In this document: piece after piece, positions 23,829 through 37,680 of the stretch
Position numbering within the stretch: the stretch's first letter is position 1
Layout: each line of letters starts with the position of its first letter
DNA from: Octopus vulgaris
Lineage: Eukaryota
DNA length: 64,000 nt
Assembly: GCA_951406725.2 (NCBI GenBank)
Contig: OX597827.1
Span: 80,724,001 to 80,788,000, forward strand
Direction of reading: 5' to 3'
The notes under the pieces: model-generated
Databases searched by the model: none
What the model was told of the DNA's origin: nothing
What the model saw: the letters and a program-made list of their open reading frames with translations, nothing else
Made by a program: the position numbers and the translations under genes

Positions 23829-24734
23829 AAATATTTTGAAGGGGGAGAGAGGGAGAGTGATGTACCGTGTATTACTGGTATTGTAAGGTCTCTGGACGAG
23901 GTAACAACAACAGCATGAATAATTTCCAAAAGCAGCCCATGCCTTCAAATATTGTGCCAGTGGGAGGGGGGGTACAGTGATTTATTTATCACCCCCGGAA
24001 GGAGAACATATAAAACCGGCCTTGGCTGGATTCGATCTCGAAATTTAAACAGACGAAATTAAATACATGGTGTTTAGTTGTTTTGCTGAGTCTATTGTTT
24101 CCAGAACAAAAACAAATATATTTAGACTAAATTATATACACACACACAGAAGATAAAAGAGATGTGTGTATATTTATTATAAAATATAATAAAGTAAATT
24201 ATTCATACATGTTTCTTAGCATAGATGTGTGCGTGTATACATAAATTTGCTATATATACACTCACACACATACATGTGTTGTATATGACATAAAAAATGT
24301 GCACATGAATAGAAGAGATTTATATACACCCAGTGAGAGAAACAAGAATTCCATTATACACACACCCTATATACACACACACATTTATACATTGTAAATC
24401 TTATATACGTATTGTATGTATGCTATATACATACATACGTGTGTGTATAGTGAATTTCCTATTTCTGCATACACAATGTGAATGGTATTTGTATAGACAC
24501 AAAGCTACATGGTGACTGGTGTGTATATATTGGCCTGTGTGTGTATACACAGATGTATATACTGGTGTGAGTAGAGAGAGTGAGAGAGGGTCGAAAGTGT
24601 TTGTTTATTTAAATGTGTGACAGAGTGAAAAGTTCGTTAATGTGAAAAGATGTTGAATGGCGGAGAAGACACGAGGTCGGGGTTTTGGTTTTAAAAGAGG
24701 AGAGAGAGAAATTGACATTTTGTGGGGGACTTAC

Positions 24735-25720
24735 CTGGGAAGACGGACGGCGAGCGACTGGGAGAGGAGAAGAAGAAGAAGAAGGAAGGAAGGAGGAGGA
24801 GGAGAGGAGAGAGTGTCAGTGGGAGAGTGGGAGGAGAACGAGTGAGAGTGGGAAGACGGACGGCGAGCGACTGGGAGAGGAGAAGAAGAAGGAAGGAGGG
24901 AGGAGGAGGAAAGAAGAAGAAGGAAGGAGTGGGAGGAAAACGAGTGAGAGTGGGAAGCGAAGGTGGTGGTGGTGGTGGATGACGAAGAGGAAGGAAGGAA
25001 GGAAGGAGGAAGAGGAGAACGAGAGAGAGTGGGAAGCGGTGGTGGTAGTGGATGGCGAAGGGGAAGGAATGAAGAAGGAGGAGGAGCAGAGAGTGTAGTA
25101 GGAGTGGGAGGAGAACGAGAGAGAGTAGCAAGCGGTGGTGGAGGTGGATGACGAAGAGGAAGGAAAGAAGGAGGAGGAGGGGGAAAGAGTGTAGTAGGAG
25201 TGGGAAAAGAACGAGACGGAGTAAGAAGCGGTGGTGGTGGTGGAGGATGACGAAGAGCATAGGAGGAGTAGGAAGAGGTGAAAGAGAGACAGAAAAACAA
25301 AGAGGGGAGAATATGATAGAGGAAGGAAGAAGAAAGAAGACGAGGAGGGGGAGTAGAGAGTGTTGTAGGAGTGGGAGGAAAACGAGAGAGAGTGGGAAGC
25401 GGTGGTGGTGGATGACGAAGTGCATAGGAGGAGTAGGGAGAGGTGAAAGAGAGAAAGGAAAAAACAGAGGGGAGAATATGATAGAGGAAGGGAGGAAACT
25501 GAGAGTAAAAAGACAAAGGAGAGATATAAGGAAAGAAGAAATAGAATGATTATAAAAAGAGAGAAAGAAAGAAGGACAAAAGAGAGTGGCAGTGAAGAGA
25601 AGAAAAAAGGGAACATATAGAGAGGGAGAAGAGAGAAGGAAGAGAGAGAGAGGGAGGGAGGGCATCAGAAAAACAAAAGAGAGCAACAAGGGAGGTAACC
25701 GCTGCGTCTGGCAACTGTTA
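24735..25720 (-). promoter_or_regulatory. Putative non-coding first exon / promoter-proximal region of the zinc-finger gene
   Basis: Perfect minus-strand donor CAG|GTAAGT at 24735/24734. CpG is locally elevated (about 24590-24960) and there is a YY1-like CCGCCATT near 24657-24664. The start position is a guess. Confidence 0.45.
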
Positions 25721-26789
25721 AAATAAAAATTTATTCATGGAGTCGGAAACAGGGTTCGATTCCTGGGTAATTCAGATTTATTTCACTTATATCTTTATTG
25801 TGACTTTATGATGCTAATTAAGAAATGTTGAAGCAGCTATTTATTTTTATTGCTTATTACTTTATTTGTCATAAAACTGATTGAAAATACAATCCACAAC
25901 GTTAACTGGCCAAATGCAGGGGAAAAAATCGTTGGCCTCTTTAGCCTAGATAGGTTCTATATTTCCATCGATCTCAGAAGCGTAAAAATTAAAGTAGGAG
26001 AAGAAATAAGATATCGATATAAACAAGATTATTAGTTTCAGAGGCTTTCATAGAATGTCAATGGAACGTGAGTAGTTTTGCAGGCCACAAGGAAATAAAT
26101 TGTTAAATGAGCCCCAACCAGAGCAAATACCTGTTAATTCTGGATCCGAATGAATTTTTCAGGGACATTTGGAAGAAACTCAAATGGTCCTGCTTTTTAC
26201 TGTTTCCCTAGAGGCAGATGTCTATGATGGGACACAACTCTTTCACATCATCAAGCATCGTTAATATTGTAGTAGAGATGAGGATTACTGTGTGTGCAAA
26301 GTCTAAAAATCTCATAATTTGATGGTGAGTTACATTTTTTCAAACTGTGACATTGGAGACGTTCAGAAGGGGCTGGGAGTTGGGCTACCAACAAAGGAAG
26401 TTGATGTCTCGTCTCACTGAAGTACCAGGTGGTGCTCTCAGCCTCGCCATCATTCACTGTAATGTCATAAGTGTTTTTCAAGAGAGAATCACCACCGTTT
26501 CCTGGAGCTAAATACGATTGAATGAATGTCCATGCTTGAATTTAGGAGGAAATTGTAAAGTGGTTTTATATTAGGATGTCAGGTAAGGTAATGGGTTGGC
26601 AGAATCATTAGCACACCAGGTGAAATGCTCATTGGTATTCCATCTATCTCTATGTTCTGAGTTCAAATTCTGTTGAGGTCATGTTTGCCTTTTACCCTTT
26701 TGGGGTCAATTAAAAAGTACCAGTCATACACTGAGGTTAATGTAATTGACTTCACCCCCTCCCCCCAAATTTCAGGCCTTCTGCCTTGA

Positions 26790-29330
26790 CAATAATACAT
26801 CATCTGCAGAGAGTATGTCCCCAATAAGGGTTCTGCATAGTCTAGTCTTCACTGACAATGGAGACTGACTGAACAGTTTCCTGTCTCGTCTTCTGTGGAC
26901 ATAAACACCACCAGTTAAAGTCCCAAAAGCGTGCTTCAGCATGACAACAATGTTGAGTGGGGGCGAGCACATGGTCCTGTTGAGGTCCACTGTGGATGTC
27001 GAAGGTCTTCAAGGAAATGCCTTCAAACTGATTGACCCCTTTTAGGTTTGTGTGGAATGAAATGAACAATCCTTAGAAGCTTCCGAGGGCACCGATTCTT
27101 GGAAAGGATTTTCAACAGGATCACAAGGTTGAAGAACTTCATGAAGTGAATGAAAATGACAGCTGCCTTCGTTCTCAGCCTTTTTCTTGTAATAGTTGAA
27201 AGGAAAATATCACATCAGTTGTAGGGAGACTGTCCTGAAGCCACACTGACATTTAGGGCCTACACTGTCAATGATTTCTGCAGTGTGTTGAGGACCACAC
27301 AAATGAAGAACTTTCCAAAGATGTTCAGCAAAGAGATTCCATTGTATGAGTTGTAAGCGTTTCTATCTTTGTTCTTCTACAGAGTAATGATATTGCAAAA
27401 GAAGAGGCTGCTTGTGCCTTTGATGTCCTGTTTTGGAATGCCATCCAATCCTGGTGCTTTGCCAGTATGAAGATAGCCAATGGCTTTACTCAGTTCTTCA
27501 ACAGTTTGGGGTACATCCAGTCCTTTCATTCTGGCAGACATTCCATGATGTCTGGCACACCAGCTGAAATGGTGTTTCCATTGTAGCTGTGCTCTACCTA
27601 TCTTTCTAGCTGTTTAGCTTAGTCTTTGATGGTCTTACCTGTCATGGTTTTCAATGGTACTGTCTTGTCCGCAGTTGGGTCAATGACCTTCTTTGTCCCC
27701 TCAAGTATCCCTTGGATGTCAACTGCATCAAATAATGACTGAGTGCTGGAGCCAATAATCAATTGTTCAGTATCAGTCTTTTGTGGGAGGGGGGGACTTG
27801 GGGTCTTGCATCTTGCTGTTCTTAATCTTTGGAAGGTTTCCTGGGTTGTGTAGCACTTATTGTCTTAATGAAAGCAGTAAGTTTAGCTGAACTTGCTTCA
27901 GACCACTCCTGTGTATTGCTCCATTTCTTACCAAAGATCTTCAGTGTTGTGCCAAGGATAGTATCCCTGAGAGAATCCCATGTCCTCTGTACATCTGCAT
28001 CTGGTGGGAGGTTGCAGAGCGGGCACCTTACAGGAACCTGATGAACTCTTCTGATTTTTATGGCTTTCACATCAGAGTGACATCAACACATTACTTGCCA
28101 AATGGTTCTTCTTTGGTTTCAGACTGATCTAGCAGTAAACCAAAGACTGAGCCATGTTGTAGTCTGAATTCTGAAAGGATCTGGTCATGAGTTCATTCCT
28201 CAAGGGCAGTGTTTTGTAAGTACCCAGTCTAGCTGATGCCAATGTTTGGATTGTGAATGTCTGCAAGTTTCTTCATACTCATATAATTTTGGAAGTAAAT
28301 GTTGGTGACACATACAGTTCATGGAATGTGAAAAAGCCAAGCAATCATTGTCTGTTGCCATTTACGCTGCCAATCCAATGCCATCTCGGGTAGCTTGGCC
28401 AGGAGTCCTGACCAGCACTCGTTCATAGAGAGTTTGGGTAGAGACATTGTCATGGCTGAGACGCTTAACAGATGTTTGGATTTGAAGTGAGAAAATCCAC
28501 TCAGTCCCTTTCTTGCTGAGCCCTACCATCTTTAGCAGTGAGTTCCCTACAGCAGGCTCTCTAGCCATGTTTAGGCACTGCTTCCTTGCCAGAAAATGGT
28601 AGAGTCTCTTCTGATTCTGCAAGACATGTTTCTTGTAATGTTGCAATGCCTACTTGAAGCTTTAGTCATTCATCGTTAATCACTGCTGTCTTGCATGAAC
28701 TCAACTCAACAGTGCAGGGATTAGGGTTTGTATTTCCCATCACCCTATCCTGAGTGATGGCTTCTTGGATGATTTTTCTATTATGTTTGATGCAGTATTT
28801 CCCATCCACAATCCAGTCTACTTCTACCCTTTAGCCATACACACCTAGTAAGGCAGGTGGACTTTAGCAGGGCAGCACCTTAATTGGCTGGAGTTTGTAC
28901 AGCTTGAGGTGGACAGTAGTTGTTCAGTTCCTGCTGTCAAGAGCTGCTCCTGACATGAAAGTCCACATCAGTTCCAGCACAGATTTATAACTGATAAACT
29001 GCTGCTTACCATGTTGTGCCATTGTGTTGCGACAATGCTGGAGTGCACTCTCCAGGGTGCAGACCTCTGCAGAGTTACTTTGGAAGACCAGCAGTGCCCT
29101 ACAAAGCAGGTTTCATCCATCCATGCCATTGATATTGTCCAAGTAATGAGCAAGGGCCAGTGCAGTTCAGTAGCAGTGTAGTCACAGGAATCTACCTGAC
29201 CAATCTTGAAGGTTTAATCCTGAAGTGTCTCACATGAGCGGAAAGTGTTGCAAGGTAGCAGAGCGTTAAAGACAGAGTTTGCCTCATCTGAGCAGAGAGC
29301 TAATTGAGTTCCTTGCTTAATTTCCCGTTC
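26790..29330 (-). mobile_element. Decayed RTE/BovB-like LINE (5' region, endonuclease, RT)
   Basis: Minus-strand remnants GKAPGLDGIP, G(V)xQxxVLAPT, LSADD and HWHQLD; many stops and frameshifts. The 5' boundary is approximate. Confidence 0.75.
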
Positions 29331-29973
29331 CCTTATCATTTGTCCAATTTCCTATTACTCTCTGCATTTGACAAACGTTTTCCTCTGAAGCATAATTATG
29401 TAGAGTTCTAACAACAGGTTGTTAGTATTCTTTAACCCATGAAGATCTGGGATTTGCACTTACATTGCAGGGACTGCTGAGCACATTTTATGAAAATGGG
29501 ATTACCATGCATGCATAAAAAACAAAGAAATAGTTGCAATTATATACTTCTTAGTATATAATGGTGGCAAATTTTAAATTATCTGAAAAGTCATTAGTTG
29601 AACTATCTCTTGACAGACATTTCACAAAAACGCCCATAAATTAAATGCATCTATCTGGGCCATGATCGTGGCCCGTCGACCTGTACCTGACAGCTACGAT
29701 TGTGGCCCGTCACGCTTTATGCGTTAAGTGAAATGTATGTATGTGTGAGAAAGAGAGAGAGAGGAGGAAAGAGAGGGAGAGAGAAGAGAGAGAAGAGAGG
29801 GAGAGAGGAGAGAGAGTGTGTGTGTATTGGTAGGTATTAGCATGATCCTGTATCTACAAATGCAAGGGAGGCAACTGTGTCTATACTGAATGCAAGCGTA
29901 AAACGAGAATTTTTAGAGAATTTGTTGTTGAAATAGGAGTAGAAAAGAGACAGACAGACAGACAGACAGATAG

Positions 29974-30018
<45 letters not shown>

Positions 30019-30432
30019 ACTGGTGTAGCATGAGAGCAAACCTGGAGACATGGGATTGTGAAGAGAATTTCTTAGCCAACACAGCAATGCCTGCCCAAAA
30101 GACACGCGCGTGTGTGTGTGTGAGTATAGATATATAATTGTGAGTATATGTATGAATATATATATACATATATGTATGTATATCTATCTGTGTATTTGTG
30201 TGTGTGTGTGTGTGTGTCTGTCTGTCTATCTGTCTGTCTATCTATCTATCTACCTATCTATCTATCTATCTCTCTCTGTCTGTCTATCTATTTATCTATC
30301 TATCTGTCTATTTGTCTATCTATCTAATCTACCTATCTATCTAATCTACCTATCTATCTATCTGTCTGTCTGTCTGTCTATCTATCTCTCTATCTCTCTC
30401 TCTCTCTCTCTATCTGTCTATCTACCTATCTA

Positions 30433-30530
<98 letters not shown>

Positions 30531-30574
30531 CATCTATCTGTCTGTACATATATATGTAAAAAGCATCCTTCAAA

Positions 30575-31338
30575 CATTGGCTGTAACAAAGGTAAAGTGG
30601 ATGATGCTGGTGGCCCATGAAAAGCACTTTTTGAGACTTTTTGGGACTCTTGGAGGCAATGACGAATGACCGAAGCCTTTCGCATTATGCTGTTGCTTGA
30701 GAAGACCAGACAAGACTAGTGAAGCCATAACCCGTGGCCCCTACCTGGGACGTAGTCAGTCCACCTGTGCATACCTTCTTCCTTGTGACACTTGTGAAGA
30801 CCTGTTGAGGCAAGTGAAAATCAAAATCAAAATCAAAATCAAATCAAATCAAACCAAATAAAAATAGATGAACATCAATGGAATTTGTATCCTTGTGGGT
30901 GGCACATAAGAAAACCATCCGAACGTGACCGTAGCCAGTACCGCATCGACTGGCCTCCGTGCTGTGGGCACGTAACAAACACCATCCGATCGTGGCCGTT
31001 CGCCAGCCTCGTCTGGCACCTGTGTCGGTGGCACATAAGAAAACACCATCCGAGCGTGGCCGTCTGCCAGCCTCATCTGGCACCTGTGTCGGTGGCACAT
31101 AAAAACACCATCCAAGCGTGGCCGTCTGCCAGCCTCGTCTGGCACCTGTGTCGGTGGCACATAAAATCACCCACTACACTCTCGGAGTGGTTGGCGTTAG
31201 GAAGGGCATCCAGCTGTAGAAACACTGCCAGATCTGACTGGCCTGGTGCAGCCTTCGGGCTTGCCAGACCCCAGTTGAACCGTCCAACCCATGCTAGCAT
31301 GGAAAGCGGACGTTAAACGATGATGATGATGATGATGA
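30575..31338 (+). mobile_element. Long (GAT)n-tailed RTE 3' end with a tandem array of ~60-bp structured units
   Basis: RTE C-terminal remnant (..AVLEKTRQ-like) at about 30670-30720, repeated ggtggcacRtaaaa..cacc units at 30898-31170, and the common tail. Confidence 0.85.
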
Positions 31339-31364
31339 TATATATATATGCATGTGTGTGTTTG

Positions 31365-31563
31365 TGTGTCTGTGTTTGAGCCCCTAGCATTGCTTGACAA
31401 CCGATGCTGGTGTGTTTATGTCCCTGTTACTTAGCGGTTCGGCAAAAGAGACCGATAGCATAAGTACTGGCCTTACAAAAGAATAAGTCCTGGGGTCGAG
31501 TTGCTCGATTAAAGGCGGTGCTCCAGCATGGCCGCCGTCAAATGACTGAAACAAGTAAAAGAG
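31365..31563 (+). mobile_element. SINE family A, 3' half
   Basis: ttgacaaccgatgctggtgtg...gactgaaacaagtaaaagag. Confidence 0.8.
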
Positions 31564-31906
31564 TATAAAAGAGTATGTATATATATGATGGACTCTCCTG
31601 ACAAAGACTGCGTCTGAGCCTTCAGCTTTTGCCAAACGATTTGCACAAATGATTTGTTTATTGTGATCAAATGTTTGTGTCGCACATTAAATCATTCTTT
31701 TCCATCAAATCGATGTCGTCTGAACAGGTGCCATGGTGTGGCACGCGTCAGGTGTCAAAGTGGTTGCAGAACAACATGAGATGAAGTGATTTGATCAAGA
31801 ACACAACATACCACCCGGTTCAGGAATTGAAATCACGATCCAGTGACCATGAGTGCAACACTCTAACAACTAGGCCATGTACCTTCATATATGTGTGGAT
31901 ATATTT

Positions 31907-32128
31907 TCTTTTATTTGTTTCAGTCATTTGACTGCGGCCATGCTGGAGCACCACTTTTAGTCAAGCAAATCGACCGCAAGACCCATTCTTTGTAAGCCCA
32001 GTACTTATTCTATCGGTCTCTCTTGTTGAACTGCTAAGTTACAGGGAAGTAAACACACCAGCATCGGTTGTCAAGCAATGTTGGGGGGACAAACAAAGAC
32101 ACACAAACATATACATACATATATATAT

Positions 32129-32186
<58 letters not shown>

Positions 32187-32308
32187 GGCTTCTTTCAGTT
32201 TCTGTCTACCAAATCCACTCACAAGGCTTTGATTGGCCTGAGGCTATAGTTGAAGACACTTGTACAATGTGCCACGCAGTGGGACTGAACACGGAACCAT
32301 GTGGTTGG
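31907..32308 (-). mobile_element. SINE family A with expanded central (TA)n
   Basis: Collinear with the other copies. Confidence 0.85.
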
Positions 32309-32988
32309 TATACATATACATACATATATATATCATCATCATCATCATCGTTTAACGTCCGTTTTCCATGCTAGCATGGGTTGGACGGTTCAACTGGGGT
32401 CTTGGAAGCCAGAAGGCTGCACCAGGCCCAGTCTGATCTGGCAGTGTTTTTACGGCTGGATGCCCTTCCTAACCACAACCACTCCGTGAGTGTAGTGGGT
32501 GCATTTTACGTGCCACCTCCACAGGTGCCAGACGAGGCTGGCAAATGGCCACGACTGGATGGTGCTTTTTACGTGCCACTGGCATGGAGGCCAGTCGGGG
32601 CGACGCTGGCAACGGCCACGTTTGGATGGTTCTGTTACGTGCCACTGGCACTGGTATCACAGCTACAATTTCCGTTGATGATGTTATATATATATATATA
32701 TATATATATCATATAATTAAGGCTCAGTTGAATGAGGTACTTAAATTGAGACACCTTGCTAGTTCGGTATAATCTGCACACCCCAACAATATTATATGAA
32801 TATTGAATATCAAGACTCCATGTAGGGGTGTCCGTACTTGATTTTCCTGTCATGTGTGCGGACAATGCAAACCCATCTAAGTGAAGGTATCCGACCTTGG
32901 TAATTCAGACCTGTACTTTTTATAAAGGTACTTTCCATAGTATTTCCAAAGTGTTGATCCCAAGTTAGGTGAACAGAATATAAATAAG

Positions 32989-33223
32989 TAACAAAGATGT
33001 ACAGGTGTCAATTCATTACGGCCGTTTCAAGCAGCTTCATTTAATAGATTAATGAAAACATTACATCAATTTGAAAGAACTGTTTTCATTGGGAACAGTT
33101 CCTTTCAAATTGATGTAATGTTTTCATTATTCAATTAAATGGAGCCCCTTGAAACGGCCGTAATGAATTGACACTGTACATCTTTGTTATGCATATATTT
33201 TTATATGTATATACACATACACA

Positions 33224-33278
<55 letters not shown>

Positions 33279-33864
33279 ATATATAAGGCAAAATATACAG
33301 GGTAGGAAAATTATAGAAATCTTTTTCTATCAGATGTTTTGCATGCAGAAATTAGTCAAAAGACTATATATATTATTCATATAAAATTAGTGTACATTTA
33401 AACACAAAAGAGGTGACTCTAATAGGACACCTAACATGCTAGAGGGAGCAGTCAAAATCCAAACCACGCTTAGGGTAATTTCGAAGGGAATGAAAAATAA
33501 AAGCATTAACATTAATTTTCATCCCCTTTGAAATTACCCCTAACCATAGCTTGGATTTTGACTGCTCCCTCTAGCATGTTAGGTGTCCTGTTAGGGTCAC
33601 CTCTTTTGTGTTTATATACACTATATTTATTTATTTATATTATATAGAGGGCACTGTTACACATAGATGCCTCATGCTAGGAGGGACTCTTAAAGTCAAA
33701 ACTACTAAATTGAATAAACATATCGTACCGAAGCCAATTCTGCTTTGAGAATTTGTTTCGGTACGATGTGTTTATTTATTTTAGTAGTTTTGACTTTAAG
33801 AGTCCCTCCTAGCATGAGGCATCTATGTGTAACAGTGCCCTCTATATAATATAAATAAATAAAT
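32989..33864. repeat. Three adjacent long inverted repeats (32989-33189, 33399-33614, 33625-33864)
   Basis: Arms of about 95-110 bp with short spacers, read directly from the sequence. Confidence 0.9.
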
Positions 33865-35516
33865 TTAAAGGAAAAAAAAAAAATGATGGTTTTTTTTCGC
33901 TTATGAGGTTTTTCATGCTAACTACTTGATAAATTCTTATGAAGATTTTATCCTATTTTAAAATTGTGTATATATACATATATATATATATGTATGTATC
34001 TATATTTCATGTATCTTCTTAAAGTTGGCTGCTGAATAGAACAACTTTGAGTAGACTTACGTCCTTCATCTGACTTATGTGAGTAATAACTAACTAGTGA
34101 GACCCATGGAAATTCCACAGAACGAAGAAGATTAGCTATTAAGAAAGAAAGGATGATTTGCGTCTTTATTTTGCTAAGTTATTTCATTTCTAGTCACAAT
34201 AATATATTATAATATGATATTAAAATTTCCCTCAGCTAAGCACTTTATATTTCTCTCTTCCTCTTCAACAAACTCTTCAACCATGGAATCTGCCTCTTCA
34301 TGTCTTTAACATGTCTCTCTTTCCCCCCCCTCCCCTCTTTCCCTCTCCACTAACCACATGAGTGCCAGCATAATGCATCCCCTGGTTTTCTACTCTCTCA
34401 CTCACTCTCACATTCCCCCTTCCTCTCTCTCACTCCCACTCCTCCCCAACAAACTAAAGCATAAAGTGTGAACAAATGGGTAGAATAATAATAATAATAA
34501 TATAGATTTCATTCAATAGAAAAAATAAATTATTTTCACCATCAACACACCACTACCACCACCACCACCACTATCAACACACCACTACCATCATCATCAT
34601 CATCATCATCATAGTTTTCAGTAACAAAGCTCATTTCATTTCATTTCATTTCAGTTCAGTTCAGCTGTTTGTTTATATTTAATGTTTCTTGCTGTCAATG
34701 TATCTCTACTCTGACAATAAAAACACTATCTGCTTCTCTCTCTCTCTCTTTCTCTCTCTCTCAATGTAGCTGCCTCCCTTGTCCATTTCTCTCTCTATCT
34801 GCCTTTCTTTAATCTCACCACCAGAACATCACCCTCTGCTAAATATTGTATCCAAAACATATCTTTTTGTCTTTAACTTTCCCTCTCCACTCAACCACAC
34901 ACTGTCAACACTTCTCTCTCCCACTTTTCTCTCACTGTTTGCCTCTCTTTCTCTACTTCTTCCTCACTTATTCTCTACTCATACTTCTCTCCCCCTCTCT
35001 CTCTCTCACTTTTACTCCACCTCTCTAACTAGCTAAAGTATAATGGGCGAATGAACAAGCAGATTATTATACAGATGATTAATCTCTCTAAGTTGAGGTT
35101 GTTTAAGGAATGCTTCTATGCCTGAAATGCATTTCTTGAAAAACACAAAGGTCATCATTACAGACTTTGTCGTTTTAGCTGATGCTATACAAACAATGTT
35201 TTCTAAAGATTTTTGATGGAAGCAAACTTTAAACTCTTGGATAACATGCCTGTTACTCCAAGGAAAGAAATTCCCGGACTTTACAACTCAATGTGTTTCC
35301 ATCATATTTCTAGACACCAAATGGTGTCTCATCCTAGCAAAGAGACTTGTTTGGTGCCAGTTATCTGGTTGTTGTATGAACTTCATTAAACCTTGTTGAC
35401 ACGTTGTATCATTTCTGGTATTTGTGGAACTGATTCAAGACAATTCTCTTCAGTTGATGAATCACTATTCAAAAGTCTCAAAGTACTTCTTCCATATTTC
35501 TGAAACAGCAGTTTTG

Positions 35517-35534
35517 TATCATCATCATCATCAT

Positions 35535-35581
<47 letters not shown>

Positions 35582-35647
35582 GCTGCTGCTACTGCTACCA
35601 CTGCTACTACTGCTGCTGCTGCTGCTACTACTACTACTACTACTACA

Positions 35648-35722
<75 letters not shown>
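35517..35722. repeat. (CAT)n/(TAC)n/(TGC)n compound microsatellite
   Basis: Directly visible. Confidence 0.95.
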
Positions 35723-35723
<1 letters not shown>

Positions 35724-36487
35724 TAAGACTCTCAGACTGTACTCTATAAGACTTGAAAACTGTGTACTCCATAACATGCAAAAAGTTGGTACTGTATAAG
35801 ACTTGCAAACTACTATAAGAAAACTCTCAAACTTTGTACTCTATAAGAGATAAATCACAGCTTTATCGTTCACAAACCTTTTCCAAACCTCCATAAATGA
35901 CTTAATGTTTTCTCTTCCTGCTGCCTAATGAATCTCACTGTGTGTCTAAGTCCACCTTGGTTGTTAAAGACTTTTGTATTGATCTTTTTAGACTAAAACA
36001 AATTTTATTTTTAGTGTTATTTTCATCCAGATGTCCAGTTCTTGTGAACTGTCTACATTCAATCTAAGAGGGGACACTTAACTTCAAGGTTGTCCTTGTT
36101 GGATTAAACCGGATGCCAACAATTAGACAACAAGAATATTTCAAAGGAATCAGAATAAATTGCTTTTTGGAGGAACTTGCAAGGTTCTTCAACATCTTCT
36201 GTTGTATTTCCAATTTCTGTGAGAGCTCACTTTTCTTCAAACTTGAGGGATTTAACACTTATAGCTCTAGAAATTTTGATATTTGGATATTGTTGTTTAC
36301 CTGGAATTGTGAAAGACCCTTTGATGTATAATAAAGAATCACATGACAGCCAACAAGTGTTGAACCATCTCACTCATATCTGCATAGAAAATGGATGTTC
36401 AATGATGATGATGATGTGGGGAAAAGTCAGTTTAAGGGTGAGAACTGGGTGTGGGGGTTACCAAGGGAATTAGCAATGCTAAACTAG

Positions 36488-36820
36488 TAAAGGTAAAGAC
36501 CCCCTTCGGTCATGAATGACCATGGGATTGCACCTAGAAAGTTACCTTCCTAGATACAAGTCCGGGCAAGGTTGTTTATGGAAGGCCAGCAGTCGCCCAT
36601 GCATACCAGCCTCCCCTTTCCACGCCACCAGTGTTATCCAAGGGAAAGACAAAGGTCGATACAGCTTGGCACCAGTGACGTCGCAACTCATTTCTACAGC
36701 TGAGTGAACTGGAGCAACGTGAAATAAAGTGCCTTGCTCGAGAACACAACATGCAGCCCGGTCCGGGATTCGAGCTCACAACCTCACGATCGTAAGCTCG
36801 ACGCTCTAACCACTGAGCCA
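36488..36820 (-). mobile_element. SINE family B, full length
   Basis: Reverse complement of 6053-6372, plus a 3' tail ...gggggtctttacctttac. Confidence 0.85.
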
Positions 36821-36869
36821 AGCAGAGTTTTATCCATCCCAAAAACATAAATTCCCTATGTATGAAAGG

Positions 36870-37680
36870 GGTATATAACGTGATGATGGGCTCATAATGT
36901 CATGGAACTTTAGCAGATCAAAATCAGGCAGATTAAAGAAAGATCTCATGAAAATATTTGAAGATTTATAATTTAAAAATAACTACTAACCCCATCCTTC
37001 ACACATAAACCTCTTAGATGTAACCTTCATCTTTGAAACTTGCTGATAAAGTAAGACAATCTAACCTGAACCCCCACCTCTCAATTTTAATAAATCAAAG
37101 ATATTAGCTTATGACTCTCAGACAATTCTTTAGACAAAACCTCATTCAAAACAACAAGTAGAAGAATACATTCATGCTTAGTGGTTTTAAAGACAAAGTT
37201 CAATATCAAAACACTGGTTGCAACCCCCAACTTCATAAAAATTATTCCCCACTTCCCTCCAAACCCCTCTCTACTAATAGTATGTGACACAACTCACTTT
37301 TCAGTTCATTATTACGTTTTAGTATTGGTAAAAAATTTTAGACATAATTCACAAATATTATCCACTGAATATAAATACCAGAAAATCTTTGATGAAAATA
37401 ATGCAAATGTAGGTGCAATTAAAACAAATATTTCGTTGCACCATTAACCAATACCAATAGCAGCAAAATCAAATCCAAGTCCACAGTAAACAATTCTGTT
37501 AATTGTGGCTGCTTAAATCTAAATATATGCATTTTAAACAAGCCTTACTTTATTGACTCTATTGTATATCAAGACAACATTATTTAGCAAACAATCCAGT
37601 CTCCAGAGATTATTTTAAGTTAAACATCAATCTTTTAAGTCTAGATTCAACAAACATAATCACACATTTAGAAAGCCATC
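36870..37680 (+). mobile_element. Highly decayed Penelope-like RT-thumb/GIY-YIG fragment
   Basis: Remnants NLLDVT, KYQKIFDENN, NCGC..C and FKSRFNKHNHTFR, parallel to 44520-45130. Confidence 0.55.

Noticed and set aside
24691-25689. Long overlapping ORFs (332, 266, 261 aa)
   Set aside because: Stop-free only because of polypyrimidine composition; open in all frames with low-complexity products.
30898-31170. Repeat-spacer-like array
   Set aside because: The inter-core sequences are themselves repeated; it is an internal tandem of a retroelement.
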